Shown here: positions 27,917 to 35,947 of the stretch, piece by piece
Layout: every line of letters starts with the position of its first letter
Position numbering within the stretch: the stretch's first letter is position 1
Virus record (IMG/VR): IMGVR_UViG_3300020044_006136
Location: 1-37,867 of that record
DNA from: a virus
Taxonomy: Duplodnaviria > Caudoviricetes
DNA: 37,867 nt
Reading direction: 5' to 3' (one strand)
Notes under the pieces: generated by a model
What the model was told of the DNA's origin: nothing
Seen by the model: only the letters and a program-made list of their open reading frames with translations
Database searches by the model: none
Program-made: the position numbers and the translations under genes

Positions 27917-27920
27917 TGGT

Positions 27921-28260
27921 TCTCGCGGGGTTGAAGTTCATAGGAACTAAGCGTGTAACCTACGGTATTCGCGAACGGCGAACCGATATTAGGTGAAGGT
28001 GCGGTCCCCGAGGCTAACAGGCGAGAGCCTGAATCGTAGGGGTATCAAAGTGACGCGAAAGCGTGATTCACCGGCAAACTACGAGAAGCAGTTTAGGGTA
28101 GGAGGCACAAGCCGCAACCCGAGGCCGGAAAAGCGAGACACGAAGACTGCTTCATGCGCTGCTTAACAATCCCTGATGGCAGGGATTACTGCGTCCACTC
28201 GCCTACTTCATGCGACGTGCTCAACGCATCCATCCGCAATGGATCGAAAAAACTGCTTAA
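27921..28260 (+). ncRNA. Candidate large structured ncRNA
   Basis: No ORF in the track; multiple nested stems, two GNRA tetraloops, possible pseudoknots. Confidence 0.5.
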
Positions 28261-28422
28261 TCACGAAGTGAAAACCACTAGAAACTCGGGCCAATGCGGG
28301 AAAGCTAATTGCCGCAAATCGCCTTAAGGGAGTGATTTACTGATGCCCCGAAAAAAGTTGAAGAAAAGAATTGATGCCCATAGGAAATTCTGAATGATAG
28401 CGGCAGATAGGGAAAACAAAAT

Positions 28423-28674
28423 ATGAATACAACACTAGAACAAATAAACATAGTTCCGAGCTACGAAAAAATTCAGGCTATGCCCGAACATCAAGCGAAG
28501 GCAGAACTCTATCGGATGCAGAGCATCGCAGGCAGTTTGGCCTACGAACTCTATCTGATCACAAAATACGGCCCACCGCCCACTCCTAAAACAGAAGTCA
28601 TTGACGACCTGTTTAAGCGTTACGCTAAGGCGTCAGAGACAACCGGAAACGTCTATTCCCCAGAAACCAAATGA
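28423..28674 (+). CDS. Hypothetical protein
   Basis: 83 aa; first gene of a coupled operon. Confidence 0.65.
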   Translation: MNTTLEQINIVPSYEKIQAMPEHQAKAELYRMQSIAGSLAYELYLITKYGPPPTPKTEVIDDLFKRYAKASETTGNVYSPETK

Positions 28675-29273
28675 GCACCGCACAAGTAACCGAGGCGCAC
28701 CGGAAACTCGCCGACGAAATCATTTTCGCAACCGACTACTGCTCCGTGTCACCGCAGGCCGCTGCCAAACTCATCGCCGACAGCGAGGCGCGGGCGGTGT
28801 TGAAGGAAACCGGCTACCTCAAGGCGATGGTGCAGGACGGCACGAACGCGATGAAAGAGCGCGACCAGCTCCGCGCCGAGGTGGGGTGGTGGAAGAATCA
28901 GCACGCCGAGAATCAGGAGCTGGAGGACGCGATAGCGGCCAAGGTCAAAGGCACCATAGACGCCCTCCGCGCAGAGGTGGAGCGGTTGAAGGCGGACGGA
29001 GCTGCAAGTGCGTTCATTGATATGTCTTGCCGTGCATCGCACGCCGAGGCCGAACTCGCTACAGCCAAAGAACGTCTGCGCAGCGAGGCGATGGACGATT
29101 ATTCTTCAATTAAAAACTTGCAACGCGAACTCGCCGCCGAGCGGGCGCGGTTGGATTGGCTGGAAAAGCGTGCGCCGAAATGCTGGGGCCTGATTGATGC
29201 GCAGATGCTCGCGGGGAAAACGGAAACCATCCGCGCCGCCATCGACGCGGCGATGAAGGAGGCCGCGAAATGA
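28671..29273 (+). CDS. Coiled-coil modular hypothetical protein (Ead/Ea22-like)
   Basis: ERDQLRAEV and RLDWLE...IRAAIDAAM modules; ATGA overlaps. Confidence 0.65.
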   Translation: MSTAQVTEAHRKLADEIIFATDYCSVSPQAAAKLIADSEARAVLKETGYLKAMVQDGTNAMKERDQLRAEVGWWKNQHAENQELEDAIAAKVKGTIDALRAEVERLKADGAASAFIDMSCRASHAEAELATAKERLRSEAMDDYSSIKNLQRELAAERARLDWLEKRAPKCWGLIDAQMLAGKTETIRAAIDAAMKEAAK

Positions 29274-29896
29274 AACACTTAAACTTAACTCCAAAAGAAT
29301 TTTGCTCCGCAATGGACGCCTGCACCGAAGGACGTATGTTTTCCGAGAAATATAACACGATGGCAGAAGTCTGGGATGCGTGCCCGAGAGCTGATTGGCT
29401 GCTCTGGATTTTAACCGCAATCGACGCTCCGGTCAGTGACAAGACCGAGCGACTTTTTGCGGTTTGGTGCGCTCGTAACACTCCGATGCACAACGGACGC
29501 ACGACTGGCGCATTGCTCACCGATCCGCGCAGTATCTCGGCCCTTGAGGTTGCCGAGCGATTTGCACATGGGAATGCAACTACAGAGGAACTGGCTGTGG
29601 CATGGGCTGCGGCACGGGCTGCGGCACGGGCTGCGGCACGGGCTGCGGCAGCGGATGCGGCACGGGATGCGGCATGGGCTGCGGCAGGGGCTGCGGCACG
29701 GGCTGCGGCAGCGGATGCGGCACGGGATGCGGCATGGGCTGCGGCAGGGGCTGCGGCACGGTATGCGGCAGCGGATGCGGCATGGGCTGCGGCACGGTAT
29801 GCGGCATGGGCTGCGGCAGGGGATGCGGCATGGGCTGCTCAGGCAAATCAACTCCGCACAATGGTCAGTAATCCATTCGAGGAGGGCACCAAATGA
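29270..29896 (+). CDS. Ala-rich WAAARDAA-repeat protein
   Basis: [10 protein letters not shown]-terminal domain followed by 12-nt tandem repeats at about 29598-29838. Confidence 0.75.
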   Translation: MKHLNLTPKEFCSAMDACTEGRMFSEKYNTMAEVWDACPRADWLLWILTAIDAPVSDKTERLFAVWCARNTPMHNGRTTGALLTDPRSISALEVAERFAHGNATTEELAVAWAAARAAARAAARAAAADAARDAAWAAAGAAARAAAADAARDAAWAAAGAAARYAAADAAWAAARYAAWAAAGDAAWAAQANQLRTMVSNPFEEGTK

Positions 29897-30249
29897 GCGC
29901 GCCCATCACCGAGGCGCACCTACGCCTAGCCAATCAACTCGTCGCATCTCCACCGTCTCCTCTCGTGATGGCAACGCTCATCGCCGACAGCGAGGCGGAG
30001 GCGGTGCAAATCGCCATGCTCCGAGAATACGGCAACCTCTCTGCAACGAACGAGTCGCTCGCTAAGGAGCGCGACCAGCTCCGCGCCGAGGTGCAAGCGC
30101 AATGCCTCCTTAACGCGAAAGGCTCGGAGCGTGAGGCTATTCTGCTTGGGAGGCTGGCGCGTGCAGAGCGGAAAATTGTGATGCTCCGCGCCGCGAACGT
30201 CGTGCGTGAGCCATCCCGGACTCACGATGTAAAACAACCAGAAACCTGA
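29893..30249 (+). CDS. Modular hypothetical protein (paralog of 28671..29273); 3' end lies in attC-like site 1
   Basis: Shares TEAH, LIADSEA and KERDQLRAEV blocks. Confidence 0.65.
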   Translation: MSAPITEAHLRLANQLVASPPSPLVMATLIADSEAEAVQIAMLREYGNLSATNESLAKERDQLRAEVQAQCLLNAKGSEREAILLGRLARAERKIVMLRAANVVREPSRTHDVKQPET

Positions 30250-30300
30250 ACGAATAAAGTGCAGCGGCCAACCGGGATTGGCACGACGCACTTGTTAGGC
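30192..30300 (-). mobile_element. attC-like recombination site 1 (109 bp)
   Basis: Plus strand CGCGAAC-6-CGTGAGC-CATCCCGG...CCGGGAT(T)G-GCAC(G)ACG-5-GTTAGGC; extrahelical G30285 and T30279. Confidence 0.75.
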
Positions 30301-30310
30301 AGCACGGTCT

Positions 30311-30541
30311 ATGAAAACAAAACCAATGATAACAGAAACAGTGACACTTTCTTTTGAAGTGAAGCTCGACTACCAAAACGATGCGGGCCGGGCGTGGCTC
30401 GTAAAATCTCTCAAGCGTGATGCTCGCGTGGATATGGGTGGCGCTGGCGTGGACACCGGGCCATACGGAATGAAATCAATCGAAGGCTCGGCGCGAGTGC
30501 TGCCTAACACCACGATGAGCCAACCCGGAGGACAATCATGA
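30311..30541 (+). CDS. Cassette 1 ORF, hypothetical
   Basis: 76 aa; reads through CCT-AAC (Pro-Asn) into attC-like site 2 and stops there. Confidence 0.6.
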   Translation: MKTKPMITETVTLSFEVKLDYQNDAGRAWLVKSLKRDARVDMGGAGVDTGPYGMKSIEGSARVLPNTTMSQPGGQS

Positions 30542-30608
30542 GCGCACCACAGACCGAAGCGCCAACGGACGGAGCAACGTCCGGATTGGCTCTGGCACCT
30601 TGTTCGGC
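30502..30608 (-). mobile_element. attC-like recombination site 2 (107 bp)
   Basis: GCCTAAC-5-GATGAGC-CAACCCGGA...TCCGGATTG-GCTCTGGC-5-GTTCGGC; arms align with site 1. Confidence 0.7.
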
Positions 30609-30849
30609 ACGACCCGATTTTAAGGCCAAACTTAGAACGCTGGCCTCTTGGTTGGCTAAAAGAGCGGAGGGAAATCACAACGAGCTGACCACACGCTCAA
30701 TGCTGCGCCGCAAGGTGGATGAGCTGATGAATGCCAAAGCGCCTAGCTGCGAATACTGCAATGGGTCCGGCGTTGTCGCTTACGAAGCCGGCGGAGAGTC
30801 GCGACTTGATGAGTGCGGGTGCCAGCAAAAGCCGAACAAAGGAATATGA
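30538..30849 (+). CDS. Cassette 2 ORF with CxxCxGxG...CxC zinc-finger-like motif
   Basis: GGAGG SD and ATG lie inside attC-like site 2; ends ...KPNKGI through GCCGAAC. Confidence 0.6.
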   Translation: MSAPQTEAPTDGATSGLALAPCSARPDFKAKLRTLASWLAKRAEGNHNELTTRSMLRRKVDELMNAKAPSCEYCNGSGVVAYEAGGESRLDECGCQQKPNKGI

Positions 30850-30940
30850 CAACTTGCACCCCATGAGCATTCCTTATTACGTTCCACCGAAAATACAAAA
30901 AAGCATTGAACAAACAAAATAAACCTGAATGATGAAAACG

Positions 30941-31075
30941 ATGACAAATGAACTAAAAGAAACGCTAGACTGCATTAAACAACTACTGGCTCGATTTCCC
31001 GCTCCCGATTGTCGTGAGCAGGAAGAGGCAGTCCAAAACGCCAAGGCAATCCTTGCGCGGGAAGGAAAGCCATGA
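30941..31075 (+). CDS. Hypothetical protein (44 aa)
   Basis: MTNELKETLDC...; ATGA overlap with the next gene. Confidence 0.5.
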   Translation: MTNELKETLDCIKQLLARFPAPDCREQEEAVQNAKAILAREGKP

Positions 31076-31362
31076 TTGATGTATCGCTAACAATGCAGTC
31101 AGTCCGGTGGATGTTTGAGAAGCATCTCAAGAACATTGACCTATCAATTCCCGCCATCCCCATAAAGGAGACCAAGGACTATCTGCACCGCAAAAAGATT
31201 ACGGATGAAACAGTTTTTGCCATCCGAGCAGACGCCCAGCGTGGCATGAAAATCCGAGAATTGGCCGAGAAATATGCGGTCAGCCAAACCGTAGCCCACA
31301 AAATCAAGCACTATCAGCACCGTTTTTCCAAGGGCAAGTTTGCCCGGAATCCACAACAATGA
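31072..31362 (+). CDS. HTH DNA-binding protein
   Basis: IRELAEKYAVSQTVAHKI. Confidence 0.65.
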   Translation: MIDVSLTMQSVRWMFEKHLKNIDLSIPAIPIKETKDYLHRKKITDETVFAIRADAQRGMKIRELAEKYAVSQTVAHKIKHYQHRFSKGKFARNPQQ

Positions 31363-31901
31363 AAACATCAGACACACTAGGCAAAATCGCACCAGCTTTG
31401 CTGGCTGCACAAAAATCAGTGGGGAACGCCAAGAAGCAGGCGACCAACCCGCACTACAAATCCAAATACGCCAACCTTGAAGCCGTCATTGAGGCTGTTA
31501 AGGACGCCCTGAACGAGAACGGTATTTCCATCATCCAGACGGTGGGTGAAGTCGGTGCCGGGACCATCTGCGTAGGCACCCGCCTGCTGCACGAGAGCGG
31601 CGAGTTTATTGAGGACATGGCCTCTGCCCCGCTGTCGAAACAAGACGCGCAAGGCGTGGGTTCTGCCGTCACCTATCTGCGCCGTTATTCTCTCGCGGCT
31701 ATCTGCTCCATCACGCAGGAGGACGACGACGGCGAATCAGCAAAAGACCCACAGATTAGCAAGGCGCAACTCGTTGCCATCCAAACCAACGCAGAGAAAA
31801 ATGCGGACATGATCAAAAAAGCCTTGGACTACTTCAAGGTTTCTGATCTAACTAAGCTCAGTCAGGGCCAAGCAAACATCATCATCAACAAACTAAACTA
31901 A
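31359..31901 (+). CDS. erf: Erf-family single-strand annealing recombinase
   Basis: NPHYKSKYANL...GSAVTYLRRYSLAAICSITQEDDDG. Confidence 0.88.
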   Translation: MKTSDTLGKIAPALLAAQKSVGNAKKQATNPHYKSKYANLEAVIEAVKDALNENGISIIQTVGEVGAGTICVGTRLLHESGEFIEDMASAPLSKQDAQGVGSAVTYLRRYSLAAICSITQEDDDGESAKDPQISKAQLVAIQTNAEKNADMIKKALDYFKVSDLTKLSQGQANIIINKLN

Positions 31902-31902
31902 A

Positions 31903-32184
31903 ATGATCACAGTAAAAATCGACGTTACCAAAATTGACAAGAATCTCCTCTACAAAGGGGCCAAGGGCACCTACCTCGACGTAGTGCTTTTCGAGACGCC
32001 GGACGATAAGTTTAACAACGACTACCGAGTCGTCCAAGGCGTCACCAAGGAAGCCCGCGCCGCTGGCGTTAAAGGCGCAATCCTTGGCAACGGCAAGGTG
32101 ATTGGCGGCAACTCCAAGCCCGCCTTCAATAAGCCGGAAGCTAAGGTGGAAAAACCGGAAGCGTCAGAGGACGTTCCGTTCTGA
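31903..32184 (+). CDS. Putative ssDNA-binding protein
   Basis: Follows Erf; acidic C-terminal EDVPF tail. Confidence 0.6.
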   Translation: MITVKIDVTKIDKNLLYKGAKGTYLDVVLFETPDDKFNNDYRVVQGVTKEARAAGVKGAILGNGKVIGGNSKPAFNKPEAKVEKPEASEDVPF

Positions 32185-32261
32185 GTTGGGTGGGGGCTAA
32201 GTGAGGGCGGCACTATATCCGCCCATTTCATAAAACATAAACAGAATGAAACAAACAATCA

Positions 32262-32537
32262 ATGAACTCATCATCGCAATCTTCATCGCCATCTGCACAA
32301 TCGTCATCGCCATTGGAATGGTCCTTACTTTACAGTGAGGCAGTCCGCGCCCGCAATCGGGCTGATATGCTCATCACAGAGGTAAGGTTTCTGGCTCAAA
32401 TGATGAAAATAGATGGTGTGGCTCACGGCAACAACCAACAAATAATTGACAAGACCAACGCCCACATGGATGTTCGCTGGGCAGAAATGGAAGCGCAGGA
32501 AAAGAGGCTTGCTTCTTTAATCGGAAATAAACTATGA
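32262..32537 (+). CDS. Hypothetical protein
   Basis: 91 aa with an A-rich leader. Confidence 0.5.
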   Translation: MNSSSQSSSPSAQSSSPLEWSLLYSEAVRARNRADMLITEVRFLAQMMKIDGVAHGNNQQIIDKTNAHMDVRWAEMEAQEKRLASLIGNKL

Positions 32538-32740
32538 ACGGAAAGGGAGACAGTCCACGAAATTTAGGCCCGAAATATCGGGAAAACTACGATAGCATAT
32601 TCAGAAAAAACAACACACAAAATGAGTCACTGGTATACGAAAAACGGTCAAGCGATGCACAGGGTTCCCGGCAAGACAGTTGCGGAACGGGACACAACGA
32701 TTGCCGATGCAAGAAAGCTCGGCCTTCTTCCGTCAGTTAG
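32534..32740 (+). CDS. Small conserved phage protein (MNGKGDSPR...YDSIF)
   Basis: N-terminal motif; 3' end overlaps the next gene. Confidence 0.45.
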   Translation: MNGKGDSPRNLGPKYRENYDSIFRKNNTQNESLVYEKRSSDAQGSRQDSCGTGHNDCRCKKARPSSVS

Positions 32741-33467
32741 CGGTATTAACAAGGTCTGGGCCAATCCCGGCCTTGATCGCTGGAAGCAAAATGCCACCAT
32801 CGAGGCGGCACTAAACTACTCTCGCGCCGAGTTCTCCATTCCCGGCAAGGAGGAGGAGGATTCAATTGAGGCATATTACAGGGAGATTCGCGCCAAGGCT
32901 GACGCTGGCATGAATGCGGCCTCTGATCTGGGCGTCAAGATTCACGCAGCCATCGAAGCCAATCTCACGGATTCCCCTTGGGATGGCGGCGAGATGGTAG
33001 AGCTTGCAGACGGCAAGATGGTTGAGCTTTACGAGCTAGTTGATCCCGCCATAGACAAACTGGGTGAACTCATCATCACCCCGGTTGAGAGTGAGAAGAT
33101 TGTCACCTGTCTTCCCTATGGCTACGCAGGCCAAATGGATTTGGCTTTCACGCAGGGCGAGATTGCTGGCGTCCTCGATTTCAAGAGCACCAAGACAACT
33201 CCGGGAAAGAAGATTGACGTGCGGCAGGGCCAATCAATGCAGATTGCGGCCTACCACTACGCCTATTGGGGTGCTGCCGACAAGCCGCATTTCACGCCCA
33301 ATCACAAGGGAATCAACCTTTACATCAGCACTACGGAGATTGGCCGCGTTGATGTTGTCACCTACGACCACGAGGAACTTGCGAAGCAATGGGAAGGATT
33401 CCTTGCCTGCCTCACCCTCTGGCGTTTGCAGAACAACTATGATCCACGCTCAAAGGAGGTCGCATGA
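32622..33467 (+). CDS. PD-(D/E)XK exonuclease (RecB/Cas4-like)
   Basis: LPSVS, GVKIH, E...YAGQMD...LDFKS, QIAAY motifs. Confidence 0.85.
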   Translation: MSHWYTKNGQAMHRVPGKTVAERDTTIADARKLGLLPSVSGINKVWANPGLDRWKQNATIEAALNYSRAEFSIPGKEEEDSIEAYYREIRAKADAGMNAASDLGVKIHAAIEANLTDSPWDGGEMVELADGKMVELYELVDPAIDKLGELIITPVESEKIVTCLPYGYAGQMDLAFTQGEIAGVLDFKSTKTTPGKKIDVRQGQSMQIAAYHYAYWGAADKPHFTPNHKGINLYISTTEIGRVDVVTYDHEELAKQWEGFLACLTLWRLQNNYDPRSKEVA

Positions 33468-34801
33468 AGGACCGCGAACTCCCTCGCTCCGAGCAAGCCG
33501 AGTGCAACGTCATCAGTTGCGTTCTCCTAGACGGCGCAGCCGCTCTAGTCACTGCACTGGACGCCAAAATCACGGAGGAATGTTTCTATGAACCCAAGAA
33601 CGCCAAGCTCTGGCGGGCAATTATCTGGAATCACAATCATGGCAGACCAATTGAAACGGCAATCATCATCGATGAACTCCGCAAAGTCGATAAACTCGAC
33701 TCAATCGGCGTTGACCACATCATCAGTGTTTCCGGTAGTATCCCCACTACGGCTGGTTTTACCCACTGGCTTGAGCAGGTCAGGGAAACATACGTCCTGC
33801 GCGAACTCATCAAGTGTGCGAACGAAGTCCGAGAGTGTGCTTACGGCTACAAGGGCAACGTGGAAGACTTCGTGGCGGCTACATCCCGCATACTATCCAT
33901 CCGTCATGCCAGCCAAAAGCAGGAGACGCTCTCTTCAGCAGCTACGGACGTATTTAGCCTCTGCCAGCGCATCCTTGCTGGCGAGGACACGGAGACTGAT
34001 CGAGGTCTGTCTTTCCCTTGGCCGGACTGGAATCAGCGATTCGGCCAAGCGCAGCCGGGAGAACTGATTGTCGTAGCCGCACGCCCCGGTAGAGGCAAAT
34101 CTAGCGCAGGAAGGCAGATTGCGTGGCACTGGAGCCAGAATGTCGGAGATGTGCTCTTATTCTCAAGGGAAATGCCCGTCTGTGGCCTTCCGCAGTTGTT
34201 TGCCCAAAGCCTAAGCGGGAAGAGCTGGCGTGAGTTTCGTCGCAATGAACTCACCTCCGCTCATTCCGATGCGTTTCTTGAGTCCATTAAGGACGTGCAA
34301 AATAACAAGAGACTGCACATCTACGACCGCGACCGGACGCTGGCTCAGGTCACTGCTCGCATCAAAGCATTCCACCAAATCAAGCCCATCAAGGGCATCG
34401 TCATTGACTACCTCCAGCGTTACGATCCACAGCAAGAACGCGGAGAAACACGCGACGTAGCCATTGGGCGCATGACTATGGCCCTGAAGGATGCGGCTAT
34501 TGAATGCGGCATCCCGGTCATCCTGCTGGCGCAGCTATCCCGTGGAGTTGAACGCGACAATCGTGAGCCTATGCTTAGTGACTTGCGCGAGTCTGGAAAT
34601 ATCGAGCAAGACGCCGACCGTGTTATTTTCCTTGACGCTCCGATGAACACCCCGGATGGTGCAACTCAGGACTTGAACGACGGAACAGTGCGCCGAATCT
34701 TCGTCAATGCCATCCAAGCCAAGGGGCGCGGAGAGGGGCAGGATAGAATCGGCATGATGTTCAATCGTCCAATCACTACGTTTGAGTCTATCGTTCCTTA
34801 A
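33464..34801 (+). CDS. dnaB: DnaB-like replicative helicase
   Basis: AARPGRGKS, IVIDYLQ, LAQLSR, LSDLRESGNIEQDAD motifs. Confidence 0.93.
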   Translation: MKDRELPRSEQAECNVISCVLLDGAAALVTALDAKITEECFYEPKNAKLWRAIIWNHNHGRPIETAIIIDELRKVDKLDSIGVDHIISVSGSIPTTAGFTHWLEQVRETYVLRELIKCANEVRECAYGYKGNVEDFVAATSRILSIRHASQKQETLSSAATDVFSLCQRILAGEDTETDRGLSFPWPDWNQRFGQAQPGELIVVAARPGRGKSSAGRQIAWHWSQNVGDVLLFSREMPVCGLPQLFAQSLSGKSWREFRRNELTSAHSDAFLESIKDVQNNKRLHIYDRDRTLAQVTARIKAFHQIKPIKGIVIDYLQRYDPQQERGETRDVAIGRMTMALKDAAIECGIPVILLAQLSRGVERDNREPMLSDLRESGNIEQDADRVIFLDAPMNTPDGATQDLNDGTVRRIFVNAIQAKGRGEGQDRIGMMFNRPITTFESIVP

Positions 34802-34847
34802 AATACGCGGGGAATCGTCTAATCAAGATTTCGCAATGCGAAGATGC

Positions 34848-34896
34848 TGGTAAAATCCTGCTCCCCCGCTCCAATTCACTCCAATTCACTCCAATT
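34848..34896 (+). promoter_or_regulatory. Extended -10 promoter followed by a CTCCAATTCA tandem repeat
   Basis: TGGTAAAAT at 34848-34856; 10-bp unit about 2.8 times at 34869-34896. Confidence 0.45.
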
Positions 34897-34926
34897 TCGT
34901 TACTAATCCAACCCACATAAACACAA

Positions 34927-35103
34927 ATGCCAACGAATCGTAAACTAGAAGAACTGGAAGAAACCCTCATGGAAGACTTCGTGCAAGACATTGCAGGAAG
35001 CCAAGACCCTGTTGACCAATTTAAGGCAATTGAGCGTTACGCCAAATTTGTCGAGGCTCGCTCCATTCGCATCAAATCCGAATGCGCTGAAAGCGAGGAA
35101 TAG
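34927..35103 (+). CDS. Hypothetical acidic protein (58 aa)
   Basis: Read manually (MPTNRKLEELEE...). Confidence 0.6.
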   Translation: MPTNRKLEELEETLMEDFVQDIAGSQDPVDQFKAIERYAKFVEARSIRIKSECAESEE

Positions 35104-35106
35104 CCA

Positions 35107-35361
35107 ATGGTCACAAATGTTGGCGGGCTAAGATTCCACGTCGAATCTTCAAGCAAGGCCGATGTTGCCTTTTACAGTGTAGAGTTCAAGGACCGCAACG
35201 GAGAATGCAACTGCCGCGACTTCGTTGTTAGATGCAAGCCGGTCTACCGAGAGCGCAAGGCTACGGTAGAATACGGAGAACCAGAAAGAACGCGATGCAA
35301 ACACATAAACCAAGTCCTTATGTTCATTGCGAATAAGGCAATAAGCGGGGTGGTCAAATGA
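35107..35361 (+). CDS. SWIM zinc-finger protein
   Basis: Y.V...CNCRDF...RCKHI. Confidence 0.75.
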   Translation: MVTNVGGLRFHVESSSKADVAFYSVEFKDRNGECNCRDFVVRCKPVYRERKATVEYGEPERTRCKHINQVLMFIANKAISGVVK

Positions 35362-35558
35362 CAAAACAAGCCATCTATCAGTTCATGGAAGCTCAGTGTC
35401 ACACCGCTCGCATGATGGGCTATAAGCTCAAATTATGGTCGGTAGAAGACGGACACTGTTGGCAGTGGAAAGGACCAAACGGCATCAGCGAGATTGGGCA
35501 TACCAGCGCACACACTAAGGGAGTAGCCCTTTGGTGCGCTCTTCAAGCCATCTTTTAA
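35358..35558 (+). CDS. Hypothetical protein
   Basis: Coupled ORF. Confidence 0.55.
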   Translation: MTKQAIYQFMEAQCHTARMMGYKLKLWSVEDGHCWQWKGPNGISEIGHTSAHTKGVALWCALQAIF

Positions 35559-35947
35559 TGCCCAATGATACCCCAACACCCCATTGCGGTGGACGATGGA
35601 CTGCGGCAAGAAAGCGCAGTTTCATCGTCTCCGCATTACGCCGCGCTAGTGGCCGCTGGGCACCCAAATACGAAGCTAAGAAAGCTGCCCGCATTGAAAG
35701 GAACACCTACCGATGTGCCTCATGTGCCAAAACTTTTGGTAATGCAGACATTCACATCGACCACATCATCCCAGTCGTTGATCCGTCCCGTGGATTCACG
35801 ACATGGGACGACTTCATTACTCGTCTATTTGTGGAAATCGACGGTTTCCGAGCCGTTTGCACGACTTGCCACTCCGAGATTACTGCCAAGCAGCGATGCG
35901 TCCGAACCCAAAGACTAGCCAATGAAAAGGTTTCAACTCGTAAGTGA
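35558..35947 (+). CDS. HNH endonuclease
   Basis: CASC...IDHIIPV...CTTCH; TAATG-coupled start. Confidence 0.8.
   Translation: MPNDTPTPHCGGRWTAARKRSFIVSALRRASGRWAPKYEAKKAARIERNTYRCASCAKTFGNADIHIDHIIPVVDPSRGFTTWDDFITRLFVEIDGFRAVCTTCHSEITAKQRCVRTQRLANEKVSTRK

Noticed and set aside
27921-28260. tRNA, group I or group II intron
   Set aside because: No cloverleaf, no recognisable domain V or P7 core, and no interrupted gene.
29598-29838. 12-nt repeat array as CRISPR or DGR; Cys-Gly and Pro-Cys repeat ORFs in other frames
   Set aside because: No unique spacers, Cas genes or reverse transcriptase; explained by the in-frame WAAARDAA protein repeat.
30245-30300. Shorter attC starting at CCTGAAC
   Set aside because: L boxes pair poorly; the arm starting at 30192 gives canonical pairing and extrahelical bases.
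30831-30887. Third full attC site
   Set aside because: AAGGAAT/ATTCCTT can pair, but the spacer geometry is non-canonical; treated only as an R-box or attI-like entry site.
32622-33467. Cas4 indicating a CRISPR system
   Set aside because: No array or other cas genes; a typical recombination exonuclease beside Erf and SSB.
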